From an uncultured Pseudomonadota bacterium (lineage in GTDB: Bacteria > Pseudomonadota > Alphaproteobacteria > Rs-D84), in contig CACZJK010000001.1 in NCBI GenBank assembly GCA_902781465.1, positions 142,831 to 206,830 on the forward strand: DNA of 64,000 nt. The letters run 5' to 3'. The position numbers were made by a program, and so were the translations under genes. Each line of letters opens with the position of its first letter. Position 1 is the first letter of the stretch. Below, piece after piece: positions 11,178 to 19,658 of the stretch. The notes below the pieces were generated by a model. It saw only the letters and a list, made by a program, of their open reading frames with translations, was not told the DNA's origin and did not search any database.

Positions 11178-12254
11178 TTACAACCGTTTTTTTCTGTTTT
11201 GTATTTTGTATTTTATCATTGCACCACCATACCAAAAACAAGAAATTATATCTGCAATATAATGTCTTATTTTTTTTAATCTACAAAACGGACGTACTAC
11301 AATCTTATAATGATTTGCAAAATGTTCTTTTAAGTTTTCAAAATATTCACCATTATAATAATCTTTATAAGATTCGTCACAATATCTTTTATAATCTTTT
11401 ACAAAAGTTGGATATAAATATATGCCATGAATCCAATCATCTGCAGCAAGATAATCTTTGTTTTTAGAAAGTTTTTTATATGTTTTTTTCTGAATATATA
11501 CACCAATTTCATTAAACCCAACCGATATAACATTATTAGCTAATAATATATGCGATAATTGAACTTTATCTAATGTATAATCTAATTGGTCTTTCATCTT
11601 GCATTCAGGAAAATAGCGAGAAAAGAAATTCATTCCAACCCATTGTTCTGGCGGAAATTTCCAAGTTGCACCTTTATCGAGTATTTTGAAACCTGTATTT
11701 TTTTCATAAAACAACGAAAAATCAGGTTCATTTGTCAACGGACAGTCATAATAATCTTTTACATCTTCAGTTAACCCAAAACACAACCAATCACTTAAAT
11801 CAAAAGGTCTATCAATAACAAATTTTGGAGATAACGTTTCTTGATAACGAGAAAATATACTATAAAATAAAACACGCTCTTTAAATATTGAATATTTTTT
11901 ATCCCGTTTTGGAAATTGTTTTGCAATATCATTTAATATTTTTGAATTTGTAAATATTAAATCGGAACGCATACGAATAACATATTTTGTTTTAACCGCA
12001 CCTAAACCAGCCTTGGAAGTCACCAAAATACGGTTGGTCATATTGCTTAAAGTTTTTGTTATTTTTGTTGCGCCAGGATCATCAGATTCAACCAAAACAT
12101 CATAATCAAGTCCATCAACATTATGATTTTTATATGTTGAAAATATAATAGTTGCCCCAGGCAAATATTTACGGATGCTTTTTATACATCTTTTTGTCTG
12201 ATGTTTTATGTTTATCCCTTGAACAACAACAGATATATCTTTTGGATTTATCAT
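11178..12254 (-). CDS. Putative LPS/polysaccharide biosynthesis protein (WavE-like family)
   Basis: N-terminal ISVVVQGINIKHQTKRCIKSIRKYLPGATIIFSTY resembles the WavE family start; Y/W-rich and AT-biased like the surrounding glycan genes. Family call is tentative. Confidence 0.35.
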   Translation of the reverse strand: MINPKDISVVVQGINIKHQTKRCIKSIRKYLPGATIIFSTYKNHNVDGLDYDVLVESDDPGATKITKTLSNMTNRILVTSKAGLGAVKTKYVIRMRSDLIFTNSKILNDIAKQFPKRDKKYSIFKERVLFYSIFSRYQETLSPKFVIDRPFDLSDWLCFGLTEDVKDYYDCPLTNEPDFSLFYEKNTGFKILDKGATWKFPPEQWVGMNFFSRYFPECKMKDQLDYTLDKVQLSHILLANNVISVGFNEIGVYIQKKTYKKLSKNKDYLAADDWIHGIYLYPTFVKDYKRYCDESYKDYYNGEYFENLKEHFANHYKIVVRPFCRLKKIRHYIADIISCFWYGGAMIKYKIQNRKKRL

Positions 12255-12979
12255 TTATAATCCTTTTTATTAAAATAATATGTATTATTTCTATCCCAAA
12301 TAAAATTACCAGATTTTAAAACTTTTGCTGGTTGTCCACAGAATATATATGGTTTTTTACTGTTTTTTGGATTTGATGCAGACGTATACAATGTTCTCGC
12401 TCCCAAAATTGAACCATCTGGAATATTCGCACCTTTTAATATTAAACATTGTGTACCAACCCAAACATGATTTCCTATCATTATATTCTTTGGTTTATTA
12501 ATGGCATCACCTTTGTCATCTATTATCGCATGTCCATCCGAAGGCCATATTGTTATATCAAAAGACAACATACAATCCTTGCCTATTTTTACAATTCTTT
12601 CTGGTTCATCATGTAACCATATTTTTGCACCTTCAACAGAACAATCAGAATCTATAAGCAACTTGCTGTATCTTGACATTCTAGCAGGTATGATTAAATC
12701 TTTTATATAAAAGTTAGTTTGTTTTATTTCTATAATATTATCATCACCTACTTCAAAATAACAATTGATAAATCTATAAGGTTCATGTATTTTTACAACA
12801 CTATTTTGCCCCAAAAATTTAATTGTTAATCCTTTGACTTTTTTTATTTCTTTTATTTTGCCATCTTTTTTAACAATTAATATTTTGTTGTTCTTTATTC
12901 TGGACAACATGTCAAAATATTTACATGTTTTACCAAAAGTTAAATGCTTTAATAATCTATATAAATTATTACGCGACAT
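12251..12979 (-). CDS. Hexapeptide-repeat (left-handed beta-helix) O-acetyl/acyltransferase
   Basis: Hexapeptide repeats IGNHVWVGTQCLILKGANIPDGSILGARTL; typical WbbJ/NeuD-like size. Confidence 0.6.
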   Translation of the reverse strand: MSRNNLYRLLKHLTFGKTCKYFDMLSRIKNNKILIVKKDGKIKEIKKVKGLTIKFLGQNSVVKIHEPYRFINCYFEVGDDNIIEIKQTNFYIKDLIIPARMSRYSKLLIDSDCSVEGAKIWLHDEPERIVKIGKDCMLSFDITIWPSDGHAIIDDKGDAINKPKNIMIGNHVWVGTQCLILKGANIPDGSILGARTLYTSASNPKNSKKPYIFCGQPAKVLKSGNFIWDRNNTYYFNKKDYK

Positions 12980-12982
12980 AAC

Positions 12983-13990
12983 CTAGCCTTTGTAATTTTT
13001 TTGATATTCAATAATTTCTTTTAATCCGTCCAATAAATCTGTTTTTGCAACATAGTCAAATTCAGCACGGACTTTGTCGCCATTACCAAGGCAATGTTTA
13101 AATACTTCTTGTTTTACGCGTTCTTTTTTCAAGTTATAACGCGCATTAAACAATTCTTCGTATTTATCCCAAAACTTTAATGGTTCACCTGTATCATATT
13201 CTAATTCTTTACCCAACGCAGCATAGATTGTTTGAGCTATTTCCATTGCAGAATATGCTTTACCGGTTGCCAAATTGAAAATATCTGCATGATATTCTTT
13301 GTCTGACATTGCCATACGATACAAATATTGCATCAAATCATAAACATAGATATAATCGCGTTTACAATCTTCTGTGTTATAAATTGTTGGTTTACGTCCC
13401 GCCAATGCTTCACGAATCAAGAAAGATGTAAATGGTGGATATTTACGTTTAAAATCTTGGTGTGGACCAAACACGTTAAAGAAACGACATATTACAATAT
13501 CCATACCATAATTTTGTGCAAATGATTTACAAATTTGTTCTGAACAATATTTAGTTGTTGCATAAACTAAATTTGGGTGAACTTCATCTGTTTCTTTGTG
13601 AACTTCATCAGATGGATTGTTTTCATAAATTGCAGATGTTGATGCGAATATAACACGTTTTACATTGCTGCGACGAACCGCATTTAATACATTAGCAGTT
13701 GCAGCCGTATTCACATCAAACGCTTTATATGGATGTGATTCACATTCTGGTAACGCAGAAATCCCAGCAAAATGATAAACAATATCAATTCCTTCTAAAT
13801 ATTTACCAAAATCAGGGTCACGAACATCTGCCATGATAAAGTTTTGTTTTAACGTTTCATTATCTTCAAAATTATCACGATAACCATATTCCAAATTATC
13901 CAACAATTTTACATTATGTCCTTGAGATAATAAAAATTTTCCCAATTCAGAACCTATGAAACCTGCACCACCTGTGATAAGAATATTCAT
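12983..13990 (-). CDS. NAD-dependent nucleotide-sugar epimerase/dehydratase (extended SDR)
   Basis: MNILITGGAGFIGSELGKFL Rossmann motif; YxxxK region; 335 aa. Confidence 0.75.
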   Translation of the reverse strand: MNILITGGAGFIGSELGKFLLSQGHNVKLLDNLEYGYRDNFEDNETLKQNFIMADVRDPDFGKYLEGIDIVYHFAGISALPECESHPYKAFDVNTAATANVLNAVRRSNVKRVIFASTSAIYENNPSDEVHKETDEVHPNLVYATTKYCSEQICKSFAQNYGMDIVICRFFNVFGPHQDFKRKYPPFTSFLIREALAGRKPTIYNTEDCKRDYIYVYDLMQYLYRMAMSDKEYHADIFNLATGKAYSAMEIAQTIYAALGKELEYDTGEPLKFWDKYEELFNARYNLKKERVKQEVFKHCLGNGDKVRAEFDYVAKTDLLDGLKEIIEYQKNYKG

Positions 13991-14005
13991 GTTTTTCCCT
14001 TTTGT

Positions 14006-15064
14006 TTAATCTATGTAATCTTTGATTGACGAATTACGCGGTAATGTGATTGCAATGCCAGAAGGATATGGATTTGTTGGTGCAAAATCATTTATAACTA
14101 CACGTGCCGCGTGATTCATTCCCATTAAAATTGCATATGGTTTTATGCCAACTTCATTTAACATTTTTTGAAGGTTTTCACGAAATTCTTCGCCACGTGA
14201 AGTTGTTATAACTATTTGTGCGCCGTTATCCTGTAATTGTTTTAATGTTTCCACATTGTCTTCCAACATGGTTGTATTGTTATACCAATTTATTTTTCCA
14301 TATTTGCCAGAATTTTTCATTATAACACCATCAACATCTACAAAATATGTGCGGTGTTGTTTTTGAACTTTTTTCCATTCAGTTAATGTTCCCCAATCAT
14401 CATAAGAATCTGCATAAACCGCCTCAAAAACATAATTATCAGATGATAACATATACGAAATTACGTGTGATATATACATTTCGCCAGAAATTTGGTGGCT
14501 TTGCATTTCTTCGTATGCTTTTACAAAATCGTTTGCGTTTTCAAAACAATATACCCCCAAACAAATTACATTTGATACAACCTGTTTTTCGATAATGTCT
14601 TGGATAACACCTTGTTCATTTACTATCAAGAAACTTTTCCCTGGGATATTTGTGACGTCACGATGTTTATGCAAATCATACCCAACAATCATATTTTTTA
14701 TTTGTTTATCAAAATGAACACCAACACGATTATCTGAATCTTTGATAACAAAAGAACCTTCGACATTCATTTTCTTTAGTGTTAAATATATTGTTTCGCT
14801 GGCGCTTGAAGTAAAATCGTCCAATAAACAAATTTCTACCTTTGGATTGTTTTCAAAGACTTGATGCATAATAAGGTTTGCTTCGTATTTATCGTCGTGT
14901 GGTTTTACGATTGTAATTATGATACGGTCAAAAACGTCAATATTGATGTTTTCCATAGCCTTTTCAATCATTAATTTTCCATCTGGATGAGTAAGCATAT
15001 ATTTGGGTTTCATATTTGGGAAACGACTTGATTTTCCAGCACATGGAATTATAAGGGTATTCAT
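14006..15064 (-). CDS. Bifunctional sugar-phosphate/phospho-alcohol nucleotidyl(cytidylyl)transferase (LicC/IspD-like N-domain) fused to a HAD-family phosphatase domain
   Basis: N-terminus LIIPCAGKSSRFPNMKPKYML (nucleotidyltransferase G-loop); C-terminal YFVDVDGVI...TTSRGEEF (HAD motifs I-III). Confidence 0.55.
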   Translation of the reverse strand: MNTLIIPCAGKSSRFPNMKPKYMLTHPDGKLMIEKAMENINIDVFDRIIITIVKPHDDKYEANLIMHQVFENNPKVEICLLDDFTSSASETIYLTLKKMNVEGSFVIKDSDNRVGVHFDKQIKNMIVGYDLHKHRDVTNIPGKSFLIVNEQGVIQDIIEKQVVSNVICLGVYCFENANDFVKAYEEMQSHQISGEMYISHVISYMLSSDNYVFEAVYADSYDDWGTLTEWKKVQKQHRTYFVDVDGVIMKNSGKYGKINWYNNTTMLEDNVETLKQLQDNGAQIVITTSRGEEFRENLQKMLNEVGIKPYAILMGMNHAARVVINDFAPTNPYPSGIAITLPRNSSIKDYID

Positions 15065-15924
15065 TATTTATTCTCCTTATTATCTAAAATGTTATTCAAT
15101 TTCGTGATTGCGTTATGTAAAAATGTCCGTGTAGTATCATCTTTTGCGTATGGGACAATTCGCATAACATTTAAAAGCAAGATGTAATAAATCTGTAAAA
15201 CTTTTTTATTACCATCCGGTAATTCAGAAATGTATTTAATTAAGCCATCGCGCGCGACCGCCAATCTTAATTCAAGATTTGACGATATTTCTTCATGACG
15301 ATAAGACCATTGTAATTCAAGATCTTGTAATAGTTTTGCCACATCTATCATCCAAGAATCGAAAAATGAATCTAAAAAGTCTATTAAATAAATATTGCCT
15401 TTGACGTCTAATAATATGTTTTCTAAAGTTAAATCACCGTGACATTTAGAATACGGAATTTCAGAAAAATTAAAACCTTCCAATCTTTTTAGTGCGTTTA
15501 TATAAATGTCTTCGGTTGGAATATTGTTATAAAGCGATTTAATTTTCTTTTGAAAAATTTCATTTGTTTCTGGCATAACAACACTATCATCAATGTGTAA
15601 TTCATTAACAACCCATTCAACAAATGCAGGTATTTCTTTGATTGATACTGTTTCCATATACTTCGCCATTGTACAGCAATTCAAATATTCCATATCAAAA
15701 TAAAAAATACCATCTTGGATACCTGTTTTATAAATTTGCGGAACACGAATATTTGAATTTTTCGATGATTTATAACCAACTTGTTTTGCGATTTGTATTC
15801 GTAATCTTTTGTTATAATCTGGACGCCCCGCTGTTTTACGGACGAAGAAAAGATCATTTTCGCGGAACAGTGAAATTTCACATCCACTGTGTCCCGATAA
15901 ATTTTTTATAAATTGTTCTGACAT
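15064..15924 (-). CDS. Choline/aminoglycoside-kinase-family small-molecule kinase (LicA-like)
   Basis: Brenner motif HGDLTLENILLD and DFLDSF metal-binding motif of the APH/ChoK fold; stop/start is coupled with the cytidylyltransferase gene. Confidence 0.55.
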   Translation of the reverse strand: MSEQFIKNLSGHSGCEISLFRENDLFFVRKTAGRPDYNKRLRIQIAKQVGYKSSKNSNIRVPQIYKTGIQDGIFYFDMEYLNCCTMAKYMETVSIKEIPAFVEWVVNELHIDDSVVMPETNEIFQKKIKSLYNNIPTEDIYINALKRLEGFNFSEIPYSKCHGDLTLENILLDVKGNIYLIDFLDSFFDSWMIDVAKLLQDLELQWSYRHEEISSNLELRLAVARDGLIKYISELPDGNKKVLQIYYILLLNVMRIVPYAKDDTTRTFLHNAITKLNNILDNKENK

Positions 15925-15946
15925 TATTTTTTCCTAAAATATTCAA

Positions 15947-16834
15947 TTAATCAAATTTTCCAATTGAAAAGACAAAACTAAACCAGTTAAACAAATTGAT
16001 ATCTATGTTCGTTATTGGCGGTAAAATACGCAATAAGTGAATAAAGATACCTTTTTTCCTTAAATGGAAACTTATTATGTTTGAACGGTTTAATTTTATT
16101 TGTGCAAAGCGTTTAATCTTGAAAGATTTTATATATTGATACGAACCAAGATATACTGGACGTAAATTATGTGATAAAATATTATCTATTAAAAAACCTT
16201 CGGCATGATAATCTATGTTATCTCCTTTTTTTGCAGGCACTTTTAATTTGTCGCAAAGTTTTGATATTGCTTTTGCACCACCAAAAAATAATAAATCGAC
16301 AGTTTCAACATAATTTAATCCATACATATCACGATCTGGGGTGTGTCCTGCCAGATATATATTTGTCCCATCTTGATTAAATTTATCGTTTATGTATTTT
16401 TCAATCTTCAAATCTTCTAACAACACAACATCAGGTCTTATACAAACAACCATATCGTATTTAATCTTGTGTTTTTTTTGGTAATCTTCGCGTAATTTAT
16501 TAACTGTTTTAATAGAATGATATACAGACATTAAACCTTGAAGAGCGAATTCGTATCCGTGGACTATAATTTTATCGTCAGTATATAATTTTTGATGTTC
16601 GATTTTGATTTGTTCTGGCAAAATACCGAGTTTTTGTATTATTTGTTCTTGATTAACTTTCTTATTTACATTTTTGAAATTATTATGCCAAGTCTTTGAA
16701 TTATGGTTGTATGTATCCCATGTATGCATAAAAATATCGCACTCATAGCGATTTAATAAGTGTCTTTTTATTGACGGCAGGCATTTTTCAAATGTCCTTA
16801 AATGACCAAAAAATTGAACCGCTATGCGTGGCAT
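15947..16834 (-). CDS. Hypothetical protein, possible sugar transferase; first gene of the minus-strand glycan operon
   Basis: 295-aa ORF immediately outside IR-L of the invertible segment; no firm motif. Confidence 0.45.
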   Translation of the reverse strand: MPRIAVQFFGHLRTFEKCLPSIKRHLLNRYECDIFMHTWDTYNHNSKTWHNNFKNVNKKVNQEQIIQKLGILPEQIKIEHQKLYTDDKIIVHGYEFALQGLMSVYHSIKTVNKLREDYQKKHKIKYDMVVCIRPDVVLLEDLKIEKYINDKFNQDGTNIYLAGHTPDRDMYGLNYVETVDLLFFGGAKAISKLCDKLKVPAKKGDNIDYHAEGFLIDNILSHNLRPVYLGSYQYIKSFKIKRFAQIKLNRSNIISFHLRKKGIFIHLLRILPPITNIDINLFNWFSFVFSIGKFD

Positions 16835-16860
16835 AAAAAACTCTTTTTTTCTATAAAAAC

Positions 16861-16881
16861 CAATCGGTCGTTTGATGTTTA
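16861..16881. repeat. IR-L: CAATCGGTCGTTTGATGTTTA, left arm of a 21-bp perfect inverted repeat (hix/gix-like recombination site)
   Basis: Exact reverse complement of 17577-17597; contains the imperfect palindrome ATCAAACGACCGATTGAT, whose half-site ATCAAAcgACC resembles the Hin/Gin half-site ATCAAAAACC. Confidence 0.8.
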
Positions 16882-17489
16882 CAGGTTTTGACTGTGCAAA
16901 AATGCGTAAAGTGTTGGTGGGGAAATTTTGAATTTTCTGGCTATTTTGGTCTTTGGCATGTCTTTGGCATACCTTGTTTTATCATATTTATTATTTTGTT
17001 TTCGTTGCCATCGATTTTATGATGCGTGTTTTTACTGCCAAAACGCCGCCCAAGAATCACACCTGCTTCGCGACGGCGCGCCAAGGCTTCACGTGTGCGC
17101 AGACTGATTAAATCTCGTTCTATTTCTGCGGAAATTCCAAACGCAAAAGCCAATACTTTCGATTGAATATTGTCACCCAATTCATAGCCGTCTTTGACGG
17201 TATAAACATAAGCCCCACATTTCATACAATGTTCCAAAATTCGCATAATCATAAATAATTTTCGGCCCAGGCGCGATAATTCAGAACAGATAATAATGTC
17301 GCCGGTTTTCAGTTTTTTCAAAATTCCACCAAGTGCACGATTATTTGGTTCGACTGTCCCAGAAATTCCAGAATCCATAATATATTTATCTATTGTTATT
17401 CCCATAGATTTGGCCTTGGTTATAATTCCTGTTTTCTGGTTTTCACAGTCTTGTTTATCTGTGCTGACGCGAATATATCCGTATATCAT
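16879..17489 (-). pseudogene. Hin/Gin/Cin-family small serine DNA invertase, frameshifted by an 11-bp tandem duplication; the present ORF (16941-17489) lacks the C-terminal HTH
   Basis: N-terminus MIYGYIRVSTDKQ (catalytic Ser) and resolvase core. The + strand shows GTCTTTGGCAT twice in tandem (16949-16959, 16960-16970). Removing one copy restores ...GMPKTKIARKFKISPPTLYAFLHSQNL* with a Hin-type HTH and a stop at 16879-16881 inside IR-L. Confidence 0.7.
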
Positions 17490-17543
17490 TTTGTTTTCCT
17501 TTTTTTGTGTTGTTATATCCAAATAGGAAAACAAACAAACGCT

Positions 17544-17572
17544 TGATATTAAAGAAACTTATTTGTATAGTA
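17544..17572 (+). promoter_or_regulatory. Near-consensus sigma70 promoter TTGATA-17-TATAGT inside the invertible segment, reading outward across IR-R into the + glycosyltransferase operon
   Basis: TTGATA 17544-17549, 17-nt spacer, TATAGT 17567-17572; RBS AAGGA then ATG at 17623. Confidence 0.55.
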
Positions 17573-17576
17573 TTCA

Positions 17577-17597
17577 TAAACATCAAACGACCGATTG
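17577..17597. repeat. IR-R: reverse complement of IR-L (AAACATCAAACGACCGATTG plus flanking base)
   Basis: Exact 21-bp inverted match to 16861-16881. Confidence 0.8.
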
Positions 17598-17622
17598 ATT
17601 TTAATAAAATAAGGATTTTTAT

Positions 17623-18702
17623 ATGGCAAAAAAGATTTTCGTTTCTTTGAAAAAATTTTCTATTAATTTTGTGGGGTTAAGGTTTAAAAGACATCATATT
17701 AAAAATAATACTATTTTATTACTGGAAACTAATGTTTGTCATGGTGAAGTTATGTCGGGTTATATCGAATACTTCAAAAGATTGGGATATAATATAGATT
17801 GCGTTTTACATACAGATTTTTTACAAGATAATCCTTTTTCAAGACATGATATGTCAAAAATAAACTGTTTTTATTTAAATAAAATTTGTATGAAAAGATT
17901 TATAAAATACAAAAATATTCGTAAATATAAACATGTTGTTATTATGTCTAGTACTTATTATGGAGATTTTGGTTGGGAAGGCGTGATTGATTTTGCGCCT
18001 GAATTAAAACGCCACCCTTCTGTTTATCTTGTCGAACACGAATTGAATTGTATCGAACCGCAAAACGAACAAGAATACCTTGATAAAAATCATATAATAG
18101 TTCTTGGTAAGTTTGATCGTGGTGTTTTTGTGAACCCGCATTTGTTTGGTAATGTAAAAATTACCAAAAAGAACAAAATTCCAACTTTTATAAGTGTTGG
18201 TGGAATTATGGCATTCAGGAAAAATCATGCCGAATTGATTTCTGCAATACAGGAATTGGTTAAACAAAAACAGAAGTTTAAAGTGGTTGTTATTGGGCGT
18301 GGAAAATTAAATGATTTGCCAGATGAAATCAAACCTTATATTGAAATTACAGGGCGTTTAAATTTTCCAGAAATGTTTGAACAAATGGAAAAAGCAGACT
18401 TTTTCCTGCCTTTACTTGATCCAAATAATCCAGACCATGAACGCTATATTACAACCGGTGTGACAGGTTCTGCTCAATTGATATACGGTTTTGAAAAGGT
18501 GCCTGTGATACAAAAAAAGTTTGCAAAGTTTTATCGTTTCAACAATAAAAACGCGATAGTTTTTGAAAAAAGTTTGGCAACCGCCATGTCAAAAGCCATT
18601 TCTTTATCAGGACAAGAATACAATACTTTGCAATCAAATTTACACAAAACCGCACAAGAAATTCAAAAAGAAAGCTTTGATAATTTGAAAAGGATATTTT
18701 AA
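17623..18702 (+). CDS. Hypothetical protein, possible GT-B-fold glycosyltransferase; first gene of the + glycan operon
   Basis: C-terminal KVVVIGRGKLNDLP...EITGRLNFPEMFEQMEKADFFLPL resembles the C-domain of GT4-like enzymes; weak. Confidence 0.4.
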   Translation: MAKKIFVSLKKFSINFVGLRFKRHHIKNNTILLLETNVCHGEVMSGYIEYFKRLGYNIDCVLHTDFLQDNPFSRHDMSKINCFYLNKICMKRFIKYKNIRKYKHVVIMSSTYYGDFGWEGVIDFAPELKRHPSVYLVEHELNCIEPQNEQEYLDKNHIIVLGKFDRGVFVNPHLFGNVKITKKNKIPTFISVGGIMAFRKNHAELISAIQELVKQKQKFKVVVIGRGKLNDLPDEIKPYIEITGRLNFPEMFEQMEKADFFLPLLDPNNPDHERYITTGVTGSAQLIYGFEKVPVIQKKFAKFYRFNNKNAIVFEKSLATAMSKAISLSGQEYNTLQSNLHKTAQEIQKESFDNLKRIF

Positions 18703-19658
18703 TGAAAATATCAATTGTTGCACCGATTTATAACACTGGAAAATTCTTACCAGAGTGTATTGATAGTGTATTAAATCAAACTTTCCAAGATTGGGAATTG
18801 ATTCTGGTGAATGATGGATCACCAGATAACAGCGAAGAAATTTGTAAAAAATATATAAAGAAAGATAAAAGAATACGGTATTTTTATCAAAAAAATTCTG
18901 GTGTTTCTGTGGCGCGCAATTTAGGTATATCAAAGGCAAAAGGTGAATATGTTTTTTGTATGGATTCTGACGATACTTTGGATTCCAGATTTATTGAAAC
19001 TTCTTATGATGTCGCAATTAAAAATGATTCTGATATAGTCGTTATTGGTGATTGGTTTGCATGTCGTTTGCCACGGCCCGCAGCACTGCCAACTTGTGCA
19101 ATGTTATTGCGTAAAAGTTTTTTAGATAACCACAAAAATATTCGTTACCCCATTGGAATACAACCATGTGAAGATGGTCTTTTTTCACATCAATTATTGG
19201 CATTGACTGATAAAATCGCTTTTAATCCAATGGGAATATATAATTATCGTGAACACGAAAACGGAAACCATATTGCAATAAATAAATCATGTGAAAAAGT
19301 GTTAAAGCAAATTCCACAATGGTTTGAAATATTGGAAAAGTTTTATGATAAATATGATCTTTGGGATAAACATGGTTCGCATCTTTTGAAATTTATAGAA
19401 CACGAACCTTTTGATTTCAGATTTAGATCGATGCCATTTTCTTCAGATCAAAAAGAATTTTTATTTAAAATAATACACGATTTTATGAATAAACATAATT
19501 TAAGAAAGTATAGAAATAGAAAATTGTCAAAGCGATTTAGATTGTTTTTGTTAGCTTCTTCTTATATAAAATATGAAAAATATATATGCATATATAATTC
19601 TATAGTCAAATTTTTACATACATTTAAACAGCGCAGACCAGAAAAGGATAACACATGA
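18702..19658 (+). CDS. Glycosyltransferase family 2
   Basis: ISIVAPIYNTGKFLPECIDSVLNQTF...ILVNDGSPD...MDSDD (GT-A DXD). Confidence 0.85.
   Translation: MKISIVAPIYNTGKFLPECIDSVLNQTFQDWELILVNDGSPDNSEEICKKYIKKDKRIRYFYQKNSGVSVARNLGISKAKGEYVFCMDSDDTLDSRFIETSYDVAIKNDSDIVVIGDWFACRLPRPAALPTCAMLLRKSFLDNHKNIRYPIGIQPCEDGLFSHQLLALTDKIAFNPMGIYNYREHENGNHIAINKSCEKVLKQIPQWFEILEKFYDKYDLWDKHGSHLLKFIEHEPFDFRFRSMPFSSDQKEFLFKIIHDFMNKHNLRKYRNRKLSKRFRLFLLASSYIKYEKYICIYNSIVKFLHTFKQRRPEKDNT

Larger units (their letters stand above)
16861..17597. promoter_or_regulatory. Candidate Hin-type invertible DNA segment (737 bp) carrying the invertase gene and an outward promoter, placed between two divergent surface-glycan operons
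   Basis: 21-bp perfect IRs at both ends; invertase inside; outward sigma70 promoter next to IR-R; divergent operons start at 16834 (-) and 17623 (+). Confidence 0.55.

Noticed and set aside
16861-17597. An IS element or transposon interpretation of the IR-flanked recombinase
   Set aside because: There is no transposase, no target-site duplication, and the segment is small. The palindromic hix-like IR substructure, the Hin-like protein and the outward promoter fit an invertible switch better.
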